Below, one piece after another: positions 17,951-25,209 of a stretch of 30,863 bases of DNA. The stretch lies in the IMG/VR virus record IMGVR_UViG_3300030372_001953, positions 1-30,863 of that record; one strand, written 5' to 3'. Both the position numbers and the translations under genes were made by a program. How positions within the stretch are numbered: the first letter of the stretch is position 1; every line of letters starts with the position of its first letter. The notes beneath the pieces were generated by a model, which was given only the letters and a program-made list of their open reading frames with translations, searched no databases and was not told the DNA's origin. Origin of the DNA: a virus (lineage: Duplodnaviria; Caudoviricetes).

Positions 17951-18720
17951 GTGAACAAGTAAAGTTTTGTGCTATAAGTTGTACACATTGTCCACATCAA
18001 AGCGAAAGAGCTTTGTCGAAACTAATTGAAGAACTTCACATAAGAAAGCCACAGGTCTTTGTGCATTTAGGTGATGTGGTAGATGCTTCTGCTTCTTCGG
18101 TGCATTTATCAGATGACGATGACCAAGTTTCATTGCATGATGAGTTTCTTATTGCTGCTGATATGTTAAAAAGAATTAGACTGGCTTTGCCAGAAGATTG
18201 TAAACTTGTAATGCTTGACGGCAACCATGATGATAACATACAACGACCAGACCCTAGGCGAACACCAAAAGCACTAAGAGATTTATGCAATCCTAGAAAA
18301 ATGCATGGGGTAGCAGATGAATATAATTTGTGGAAGCATGTGCCTTATAGATTTGGAAAATGTTTTCAATTAGGTGCAGTTATTTTTCATCATGGTTTTG
18401 GTGCATCAGCAAACAGTGACGAGTTAGAAGCCATACAATTATCAATGGCATGTGGTGGTCATGCACATAGATTAGTTGTTAGAGGACATACTCACAGGCC
18501 ACAACCTGTAACTCAATGCAAAAGGACAGCAAGAGTTAAACTACCTTTTTATTATGTGAATACTGGAATGATGGCTTTTGAAAAACTACCTTCATATGCT
18601 TATAGATTTGATACTCAGCAATGGGGAAGAGCAGCATGTTTTGGTACAGCAAAAGTTGGTAGACCAGATAGGATTCCAAAAGATAGTTGGACAGCAGAAC
18701 TTGTTGATTTAGATTTATGA
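17947..18720 (+). CDS. Calcineurin-like metallophosphoesterase
   Basis: GDVVD, GNHD, HHG and GHTH motifs; motif I reads SCTH rather than SDxH. Confidence 0.88.
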   Translation: MSEQVKFCAISCTHCPHQSERALSKLIEELHIRKPQVFVHLGDVVDASASSVHLSDDDDQVSLHDEFLIAADMLKRIRLALPEDCKLVMLDGNHDDNIQRPDPRRTPKALRDLCNPRKMHGVADEYNLWKHVPYRFGKCFQLGAVIFHHGFGASANSDELEAIQLSMACGGHAHRLVVRGHTHRPQPVTQCKRTARVKLPFYYVNTGMMAFEKLPSYAYRFDTQQWGRAACFGTAKVGRPDRIPKDSWTAELVDLDL

Positions 18721-18959
18721 AAGTAGTTAAAATTAATTGGATAGATGCACAAAGTATTGGTGATTGCAATTGGCAAGATTATAGTGAGATAAAAGAACTT
18801 GCAAAAGAAAGCCCTCCCATTATGCAGAGTGTTGGATTTTTAATTTATGAATGTGAAACTCATGTATCAATTGTTGATTCAATTGAAAAAGATGTTTGCG
18901 GCCACTTGACAAAAATTCCTATAGCAATGATTTTAGAAAGAGTTGATTTAGATGGATAA
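18717..18959 (+). CDS. Conserved small phage protein of unknown function
   Basis: V.I.W.DA, SVG.L and IP...I pattern; ATGA coupling. Confidence 0.75.
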   Translation: MKVVKINWIDAQSIGDCNWQDYSEIKELAKESPPIMQSVGFLIYECETHVSIVDSIEKDVCGHLTKIPIAMILERVDLDG

Positions 18960-19314
18960 CTGTAATTGTGATTGTCATAAAAAAAATACCAAGACTGATT
19001 TAAAAAAGTGTCAAGAAAACAGCAAGCGTAAAACAAAAGAAATAAACTTGCTGAAGAAAAAACTTATGGTAGCCACAGTTGTTATTGCTGTTGGTGGTAC
19101 TCTTTTTGGAAAGCAGACTATAGATAAACTTGTAGAATATTTTCAAGCATATGACAAAGTTAAACTAGCAATAGATAAAAGTGTAAGTTTACAAAATGAA
19201 CAAATAAAAAATTCTTATGACAATGGATTTGCTGGTGTTTCTATTTTGCCTGCTCCAAGTGTTATTAGTCTTTTTGCACTTACTGCATTAATGCCTACTC
19301 CAAGAAGGCGTTAG
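18952..19314 (+). CDS. Membrane protein with a C-terminal PEP-CTERM-like (PAP) sorting signal
   Basis: Internal TM LMVATVVIAVGGTLFG; C-terminus LPAPSVISLFALTALMPTPRRR. Confidence 0.7.
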   Translation: MDNCNCDCHKKNTKTDLKKCQENSKRKTKEINLLKKKLMVATVVIAVGGTLFGKQTIDKLVEYFQAYDKVKLAIDKSVSLQNEQIKNSYDNGFAGVSILPAPSVISLFALTALMPTPRRR

Positions 19315-19559
19315 ATTTTTCCTTCTTGTATTAAATCAAAAATCATTTGGCAATGTTCTTTTGCATACTTCACTGTTACATTACTCCATTTACTTTCTTT
19401 CCTCCAAGAACAATCTGTCTTAGAAAGTGAAAGTATCTCATCACTAATTGTTGCTGAAATGTAATCTTGGAATCCATTGTCAACAGTGAATCTACCACAT
19501 TTTGAAGTGTAAATAAAATTGTTATGCTTGTTCCATTTAATTTTTTCTAATCGTATCAT
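19311..19559 (-). CDS. Hypothetical accessory protein
   Basis: CGAAAGGA (19574-19567) lies 7 nt before ATG 19559; stop overlaps the convergent gene stop. Confidence 0.75.
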   Translation of the reverse strand: MIRLEKIKWNKHNNFIYTSKCGRFTVDNGFQDYISATISDEILSLSKTDCSWRKESKWSNVTVKYAKEHCQMIFDLIQEGKI

Positions 19560-19588
19560 TTCAATTTCCTTTCGTTGTTGTTTGTTTT

Positions 19589-19984
19589 TCAATCTTTCCA
19601 AAAGTAGTTTTGTTTAGTTTGAATTTTTGAAGCCATTTCTTTTAGAATTGTTTTTACACTTTTTACTGTTGGTTGAAATTGCGTCCATTCTGTGTAGTAA
19701 TGTCTAGTAGTGTAAGCAGGATTTGTCATACCGATAAAGTCAGGGTGTTTACAATTATCAGGTGCATCTTTTTGGAATGCATCTTTTCGATGACCAAATC
19801 TTGCATCACAAATTTCTTCCATTTCTAATTCTTTACCATTTATGTAAAGGGCATAACACTTGTGCCACTTATCCCAATGTGCATGACCAATAACTTCACT
19901 TGTGTCCTCATCTACTGCAATGTATTGCATTGAGTTTTCGTACATATATGACTCTCTTTTAGTTTTGATTACTATGTTTCTCAT
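19589..19984 (-). CDS. Hypothetical accessory protein
   Basis: CGAAAGGA (19999-19992) lies 7 nt before ATG 19984; promoter and hairpin upstream. Confidence 0.8.
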   Translation of the reverse strand: MRNIVIKTKRESYMYENSMQYIAVDEDTSEVIGHAHWDKWHKCYALYINGKELEMEEICDARFGHRKDAFQKDAPDNCKHPDFIGMTNPAYTTRHYYTEWTQFQPTVKSVKTILKEMASKIQTKQNYFWKD

Positions 19985-20058
19985 TTTAATTTCCTTTCGT
20001 TTTTGCCAAGACCATTCTTGACTTGTTGTAATGTATCGGAAAACATTGTGCCTGTACA
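19985..20058 (-). promoter_or_regulatory. Leftward promoter-hairpin-RBS cassette
   Basis: TGTACA-N17-TACATT (weak -35), 7 nt, hairpin GTCAAGA-ATGG-TCTTGGC (20022-20005), then AACGAAAGGAAA. Confidence 0.65.
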
Positions 20059-20176
20059 CCACCTTTTGTTAATATTCTTTAAAAAAATTAATTTTATTTA
20101 TAATCCTTGTTTAATGCCTAATAAAGTGCTTTTTTAAAAATTATAAAAAATAATGGTTATTATTAAAGAATAATGC

Positions 20177-20260
20177 TTGCAAGGCTCGATAGATTTGTTA
20201 TCATACAAAAAGTCAAGCAACGAGTTTGACAGTAACAAAACAAACGAAAGGAACAAGACA
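20177..20260 (+). promoter_or_regulatory. Rightward promoter-hairpin-RBS cassette
   Basis: TTGCAA-N16-TATCAT with TGn extension, 7 nt, hairpin GTCAAGC-AACGA-GTTTGAC (20212-20230), AAAC tract, CGAAAGGA 20245-20252. Confidence 0.75.
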
Positions 20261-20494
20261 ATGACAAAGAAACAAATACTAAAAGCAGTAAACAAAGAAA
20301 TTAAATCTAAGGGTTATAAAGCAATTTCGCTAACTTGGGTTTCAAGTGAATGGATTAAGTACGATGGTTTTCTAAAAGAAACTGTTGGCAAGAGTTGGCG
20401 AAATGGCAAACTGAAATTGCAAAACATAAATGGAACTGCTTTAATGGATAAATCAATTACTGTTGAAAGCAATGGTTCTTGGGAAATTAAATAA
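20261..20494 (+). CDS. Hypothetical basic accessory protein flanked by leader repeats
   Basis: ATG 20261 lies 8 nt after CGAAAGGA. Confidence 0.8.
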   Translation: MTKKQILKAVNKEIKSKGYKAISLTWVSSEWIKYDGFLKETVGKSWRNGKLKLQNINGTALMDKSITVESNGSWEIK

Positions 20495-20530
20495 CAGTAA
20501 CTAAACAAACAAACGAAAGGAAACAAACAG
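20495..20530 (+). repeat. Promoterless leader repeat
   Basis: CAGTAACTAAACAAACAAACGAAAGGAAACAAACAG resembles 20230-20260 (CAGTAACAAAACAAACGAAAGGAACAAGACA) and starts right after the stop codon. Confidence 0.85.
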
Positions 20531-20851
20531 ATGAGATATGTAAGTTATACAAAAAGAATCAGAAGAAATAAAATTAGCAAATTGCGATACGCAATCAAAA
20601 CAAAAGTTTTTTCTGATACCAAAACAACACTTAAAAAGTGTTTAGAAGTTTCAGAAGATTGGGCAACTTTTACTAAAAACGATTGGAGTTGGAAGGATAG
20701 GGGGCATGTAGCAGGTGCAGAGTTTGACATAGATGCGTGTGAATACAAATACATTCTTAAGCAGGATGGAACAATTAAAACAAATGCGTGTGATTACAAA
20801 TACATTTTTTTGGATGATGGAACAATGAAAAAGGTAAGAAAACAAAAATGA
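20531..20851 (+). CDS. Hypothetical protein with an internal 17-aa duplication
   Basis: Leader motif upstream; ACEYKYILKQDGTIK / ACDYKYIFLDDGTMK. Confidence 0.8.
   Translation: MRYVSYTKRIRRNKISKLRYAIKTKVFSDTKTTLKKCLEVSEDWATFTKNDWSWKDRGHVAGAEFDIDACEYKYILKQDGTIKTNACDYKYIFLDDGTMKKVRKQK
20733..20831 (+). repeat. Tandem duplication with 51-bp period
   Basis: 20733-20780 versus 20784-20831: 41/48 identical. Confidence 0.9.
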
Positions 20852-21396
20852 AAGAAGTAGAAAAATATATAACTAAAACAGCCGTACAATTAGAAGAGTT
20901 TTATCAATTAGCAACTATAAGTCTTAATGGCATCACAGACAAAGTAGGCAATCCAATGGCTCAACATGCTTTGGAAATTGCTGATTACTTTTGGAAACAT
21001 GAAGGCGATTTTTATAAAGCAGCAATAGCAAGTTTGCATGATGTTTTAGAAGATTCTGAAATAATTACAAATTCAAAAACTCTTAAAACAAAAATTGAAG
21101 AAATTAAGTTTGGAACTACAGAAGTAAAAGAAGTTAAAGAAAAACTTTTACAGTTAGGTCATGAGCCAGATAATTTATTATTCAATGTTGATTTAATAGT
21201 AGATGCAGTTCAAATTCTTACAAGAAAAAAAAGCATGACTTATTTTCAGTACATTAACTATATTAAAAAATCAGGAAACAAAGATGCTATTGATGTAAAA
21301 GTGGCAGACATTGAACATCATTTAGAAACTAAAGCAAACATACCAAGCAGCCTAATTGAGAGATATGAAAAAGCGTTAGACATACTTGATTATTAA
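20848..21396 (+). CDS. HD-domain protein, RelA/SpoT (Mesh1/SAH-like) hydrolase family
   Basis: DK.G.P...H, LHDVLED, AV..LT, Y..YI, VK.AD and RY.KAL motifs. Confidence 0.85.
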   Translation: MKEVEKYITKTAVQLEEFYQLATISLNGITDKVGNPMAQHALEIADYFWKHEGDFYKAAIASLHDVLEDSEIITNSKTLKTKIEEIKFGTTEVKEVKEKLLQLGHEPDNLLFNVDLIVDAVQILTRKKSMTYFQYINYIKKSGNKDAIDVKVADIEHHLETKANIPSSLIERYEKALDILDY

Positions 21397-21437
21397 CTGT
21401 TATAATTTATAAACTAACTTTATATCTTGTTTAAAAA

Positions 21438-21466
21438 TTGTACATGGTGTACAGCAAGATTAAAGT
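21438..21466 (+). promoter_or_regulatory. Candidate promoter overlapped by the dyad TGTACA-TGG-TGTACA
   Basis: TTGTAC-N17-TAAAGT; dyad at 21439-21453; GAAAGGAG RBS downstream. Confidence 0.5.
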
Positions 21467-21486
21467 ATTTTGAAAGGAGATTTTTA

Positions 21487-22329
21487 ATGACACTTAGAGC
21501 AAAGCAACCTTCAGATTCTGAAAGAAGGTTAAAACTTTTTATGTATGGAGATGCAGGGGTAGGAAAAACAACAGCATCTTGCCAAATGCCAGCACCATAT
21601 ATTATTGATTCTGAAAAAGGTACAGATAATTATTCTGAATTAATTAAACAATCGGGCGGTGCAGTATTTCAAACAACAGATGTTGAAGAAGTTATACAAG
21701 AAGTTAGGTCTTTAACAATTGAAAAACATGATTACAAAACTTTAGTGATAGACCCAATTAGCCCTTTATATTTTGACCTTATCGAGAGGATGGAAGAAAA
21801 AGTTGGTAATGAATGGGGCAAACATTATTCAGAAGCAAATAAGCATATGAAAAGATTAGTTAATCTGATAATGCGATTGGATATGAATGTGATTATAACT
21901 GCACATGCAAAACCAGAATATGGTGATGATATGAAAAAAATTGGAACAACTTTTGATGGTTGGAAAAGATTGCCATATATATTTGATTTAGTTTTACAAC
22001 TCGATAAACCAACACCTTCAAAAAGATTTGCAAGAGTTACAAAGACTAGAATAAAATCTTTTCCTGATGGTGAAACTTTTGAATGGAACTTTGATGAGCT
22101 CTCAAAAAGATACAGTGTAAAAGAGCTTGAAAGAAATGCTGTTGCATTAGAAGTTGCAAGTGAAAAGCAGATTGTAGATATAAATAAATTTTCATCTACA
22201 ATTGCTGATGGTGAAGAATATGTAGAGAAATGTTTAAGTAAGGCTGGAGTAGACTCAATAGAAGATTTGTCAATTGAACAAGCAGATAAAATGTTATCTG
22301 CAATGAAAAAGAAAGTAGGAATAAAATGA
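21487..22329 (+). CDS. Sak4-like (AAA_24) single-strand annealing ATPase
   Basis: YGDAGVGKTT Walker A, D.E.G, TLVID and TAH motifs; adjacent DUF669 SSB. RBS supports ATG 21487. Confidence 0.85.
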   Translation: MTLRAKQPSDSERRLKLFMYGDAGVGKTTASCQMPAPYIIDSEKGTDNYSELIKQSGGAVFQTTDVEEVIQEVRSLTIEKHDYKTLVIDPISPLYFDLIERMEEKVGNEWGKHYSEANKHMKRLVNLIMRLDMNVIITAHAKPEYGDDMKKIGTTFDGWKRLPYIFDLVLQLDKPTPSKRFARVTKTRIKSFPDGETFEWNFDELSKRYSVKELERNAVALEVASEKQIVDINKFSSTIADGEEYVEKCLSKAGVDSIEDLSIEQADKMLSAMKKKVGIK

Positions 22330-22757
22330 CCTTTATGTTTGACCCAAATAAAGTTGAAGAAAAAAATTTCATATGTTTACCAAAAGGAGAATATGAAATA
22401 AGAATTGAAAATGTAGTTCAAAAAAAATCTAAAGCAGGTAATGATATGTTAGAACTTTTACTAACAGCATTTACAAATGAAGGTCAGAAAGTAACTATTT
22501 ATGATTATATAGTTAATCCTAATGGGCTTTGGAAATTAAAAACTATATGTAAGTCTGTTGGATTAGCATTTGATGGTACATTAGAAGAGCATCTACTTGT
22601 AGGAAAAACTCTGAGAGCCTTTGTTGACTTAAGACCTGCAACAGAAAAATATCCTGAAAAGAATCAGATAACTTCTTATATAGAAATGCAGGTTGATAAT
22701 AAATCTGCTAAAGTTCCAGTGGCATCTTCAGAAGATTTTGATGATATGCCATTTTAA
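22326..22757 (+). CDS. DUF669-like single-stranded DNA-binding protein
   Basis: LP.G.Y...I, SKAGN.M and L.GK motifs; acidic SSB tail DFDDMPF. Confidence 0.85.
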   Translation: MTFMFDPNKVEEKNFICLPKGEYEIRIENVVQKKSKAGNDMLELLLTAFTNEGQKVTIYDYIVNPNGLWKLKTICKSVGLAFDGTLEEHLLVGKTLRAFVDLRPATEKYPEKNQITSYIEMQVDNKSAKVPVASSEDFDDMPF

Positions 22758-22776
22758 TTTTGTAACCTCTTAACTT

Positions 22777-22840
22777 TTTCCTTTCTGGTGGGGGGATAAA
22801 TCCCCCTGCTGTTAGGAAATAATTTGACACAAAGAAAGGA
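22777..22840 (+). promoter_or_regulatory. Structured leader of the replication gene: anti-SD, GC hairpin, SD
   Basis: TCCTTTCT 22779-22786 complements AGAAAGGA 22833-22840; hairpin 22787-22810; alternative partner AGGAAA 22814-22819. Confidence 0.55.
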
Positions 22841-22847
22841 TTTGAAA

Positions 22848-23666
22848 GTGTCTAAAAAAAATTCTAAAAATAAAATGCCTGCTATATTATTTTATACAGG
22901 TGACTGGCTTAAAGACCCTGCTGTCAGGTGTCTGTCTTTAGAGGCTAGAGGACTTTGGATAGATATGCTATGCCTAATGTATGAAAGCCCTGTAAGGGGT
23001 TATCTGAGTGTTGGTAATGGAACACCAGTTACAGCAGTGCTTCTTGCAAGAATGGTAGGCGGTGAGCGTGAACAAGTTCAAATACTGCTTGATGAATTAA
23101 ATGCATGTGGAGTTTTTTCTGTCGATGATTCTGGAACAATGTATTCAAGAAGAATGGTAGCAGATGAAAAACTTAGGCTACAAAAATCTGAAGCAGGTAG
23201 AAAAGGAATGCTTAGCCGTTATAACAAAAGTGATAACAAAGTAGATAACAAAGTTACAACAGCCCTTGAATATGAAAATGAAGATGAATCTGTTATTGTA
23301 ACTAATAATAATAACTATAATCTAAGTATAGATTCAAGAAGAAAAAATCAGGCTATGGATTTAGTTGTTGAATCAATTCCTAAAAGTAGATACCACAACC
23401 CACAGCAAACGAAAATTGAAATTTGCAGGGTTCTTGACATAGGTGTAAAAAGTGGTCAATCTGTAATGGATTGTGCAAAACTATTAGCGGATAGATTTAA
23501 ACTTTATTATGACTCACATGAAGGGAGGGGTAATTATTTTAAACTTCCTCATCTTTGGTTGAGAGAAGATTGCCATTTGGTTGACCCATCAGTATGGAAC
23601 TCAAGAAAAACAAAAGAAACTAGTGGTTGGGATAATGCAAAGGAGGAACATAAAGATGATGTTTAA
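22848..23666 (+). CDS. Replication initiator / replisome organiser (YdaU/DUF1376-like N-terminus)
   Basis: P...FY..DWL.D....LS..ARG.WI..LC.M and SRRM..D.....AG.KG motifs. GTG 22848 lies 7 nt after AGAAAGGA. Confidence 0.8.
   Translation: MSKKNSKNKMPAILFYTGDWLKDPAVRCLSLEARGLWIDMLCLMYESPVRGYLSVGNGTPVTAVLLARMVGGEREQVQILLDELNACGVFSVDDSGTMYSRRMVADEKLRLQKSEAGRKGMLSRYNKSDNKVDNKVTTALEYENEDESVIVTNNNNYNLSIDSRRKNQAMDLVVESIPKSRYHNPQQTKIEICRVLDIGVKSGQSVMDCAKLLADRFKLYYDSHEGRGNYFKLPHLWLREDCHLVDPSVWNSRKTKETSGWDNAKEEHKDDV
23221..23330. repeat. Probable replication origin: 12-bp-period iterons plus AT-rich tract
   Basis: ATAACAAA(A)GT at 23221, 23233 and 23245 with a partial fourth copy; AT-rich AATAATAATAACTATAAT near 23304-23321; mid-gene position as in lambda O. 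Confidence 0.65.
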
Positions 23667-23967
23667 TACTGAAATAGAAATTGAAGAATGTTATTTAAAA
23701 ATTCAAGGCAAAGAATACTCAAGTAAACTTAATGCTGAAATAGAAGTTGAATATACACCTCCATCTTGTGAAGTCAGGGGTAGAGATAATTCTACACTTG
23801 AAGCACCTTCTGGAGCAGATGTTAAAGTTTGCTGGGCAAAAAGCACGATAGAATTATTCAATGATTCTGGTGATGAAATTGGAACATTGATTATAAAAGG
23901 TGTAGACTTTTTAGAATCAGTTGTTGATATACATGAAATAGAATTAAAAGTTGAGGATTTAATATAA
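23656..23967 (+). CDS. Acidic hypothetical protein
   Basis: AAGGAGG RBS before ATG 23656. Confidence 0.75.
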   Translation: MMFNTEIEIEECYLKIQGKEYSSKLNAEIEVEYTPPSCEVRGRDNSTLEAPSGADVKVCWAKSTIELFNDSGDEIGTLIIKGVDFLESVVDIHEIELKVEDLI

Positions 23968-24104
23968 TGGAAAAAGAAAATAAAAATCAAGCAAGTTATT
24001 CTTTAGGGTATGTTTTTGGGTTAGCGTTCATTTGTTGTTGCAAAGGTTTTTTTTATGCAATGGGAGCAATGTTTGCAATTGAATTTATAGGTTATAACAG
24101 ATGA
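23967..24104 (+). CDS. 45-aa hydrophobic peptide absent from the ORF track
   Basis: MEKENKNQASYSLGYVFGLAFICCCKGFFYAMGAMFAIEFIGYNR; TAATG and ATGA coupling at both ends; GAGG upstream. Confidence 0.7.
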   Translation: MEKENKNQASYSLGYVFGLAFICCCKGFFYAMGAMFAIEFIGYNR

Positions 24105-24616
24105 CAAATATAGATAAAAATATTGAATGGAATACAAGTCTAAAAATTATGCAAGGTCTATTTCCTAAATGGAATGTTACAGGAGAACAACTTAACACTT
24201 GGAAGCAAGAGTTTGGAATGTTAAATCCAGAATGGTATAGGGAGGCATTGCGTGTTGTGTATGGTAGATACAACGCAGACAATCCAAAACCTAAATGGGT
24301 GAAAGAAGCATTCAAGCAAGTTAGAGCAGGACATCAGGGGATTCCTTTAAATGAATCTGATTCACAATCGGATAAATATGATAGAGAAAAAGAAGAATGG
24401 GATAACTATGCTAAGATTGTTGAAAGAGATAAAAACAATGCTTATAGAAAAGTTTCTGAATGGCCAGCAGAGGAAAGAAAACTTTGGGGCAAAAAGTTTA
24501 AAGATAAATTTAACTTTCTTTCAGATACAAATGACTTAGAAAATTTTAGTACATGGTCAAAAACTTTTTGTCAACAAGTAATGGTTTATAGAAGGAGATT
24601 TTCTAATGCAAGTTAA
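24101..24616 (+). CDS. Hypothetical protein, possibly replication-associated
   Basis: 171 aa, coupled within the replication operon; family not recognised. Confidence 0.7.
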   Translation: MTNIDKNIEWNTSLKIMQGLFPKWNVTGEQLNTWKQEFGMLNPEWYREALRVVYGRYNADNPKPKWVKEAFKQVRAGHQGIPLNESDSQSDKYDREKEEWDNYAKIVERDKNNAYRKVSEWPAEERKLWGKKFKDKFNFLSDTNDLENFSTWSKTFCQQVMVYRRRFSNAS

Positions 24617-24983
24617 ACACCATACAGATTCTCAAAAGTGTAAAAAGATGCTAAAGTTTTTTAGTGATGGCAAGCATCACAGCCGAGCAGAAATTTCTAC
24701 TGAATTAGATTTAACTCAAAGTCAAATTACAAATGCATTTGAACTTTTAAAAAGAAAAGGATATGTATTTGAATCTTTTACAAAAAATAAATACAAGCAC
24801 TACAGGCTTAGTGAAAATATGGTTGAGCCTAATACATACATGCTTTCACAAAAACAAATTAATGAAAGACTGATAATCGAGTTGAATAGAATAAGGTTAT
24901 TATCTATCCAAGATGGCTATTGGAAAATTGAGCGTATTGCGAGGCAAGCATTAGAATCTGGTGGTATATATACACAAGATTAA
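24606..24983 (+). CDS. Winged-HTH DNA-binding protein
   Basis: SRAEISTELDLTQSQITNAFELLKRKGY followed by a wing ending YRL. Confidence 0.7.
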   Translation: MQVKHHTDSQKCKKMLKFFSDGKHHSRAEISTELDLTQSQITNAFELLKRKGYVFESFTKNKYKHYRLSENMVEPNTYMLSQKQINERLIIELNRIRLLSIQDGYWKIERIARQALESGGIYTQD

Positions 24984-25004
24984 GGGGGAGGGAAGCAGGT
25001 GATT

Positions 25005-25037
25005 AAGGCAGAAGTGTTAAAAAACTTCTGCTTTTTT
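25005..25037 (+). terminator. Intrinsic terminator
   Basis: GCAGAAGT...ACTTCTGC stem followed by TTTTTT. Confidence 0.8.
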
Positions 25038-25044
25038 CATAACC

Positions 25045-25209
25045 ATATCTATGTTTAAAAGCAATTAAAGGCGATTGTAAAAAAAATATGCAAAAATACT
25101 CAATAAGGGTGTTGCACAATGTAATATTGTCCGATTATACTTATCTCAAGTCAATAAGGAATTGACATTAACAAACAAGCCGAAAGGCAAAACGAAAGGA
25201 AACAGAACA
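25045..25209 (+). promoter_or_regulatory. Promoter-hairpin-RBS cassette with conserved upstream block
   Basis: TTGCAC (25112)-N18-TATACT, hairpin GTCAAT-AAGGA-ATTGAC (25150-25166), GCC-GAAA-GGC mini-hairpin, CGAAAGGA 25193-25200. Confidence 0.78.

Noticed and set aside
20733-20831. Diversity-generating retroelement TR/VR pair
   Set aside because: Copies are tandem and in frame, mismatches are not adenine-restricted, and no reverse transcriptase is present.
25170-25204. GCCGAAAGGC...CGAAA resembles hammerhead ribozyme stem II
   Set aside because: No CUGAnGA core upstream and no stems I/III; better explained as a duplicated leader motif.
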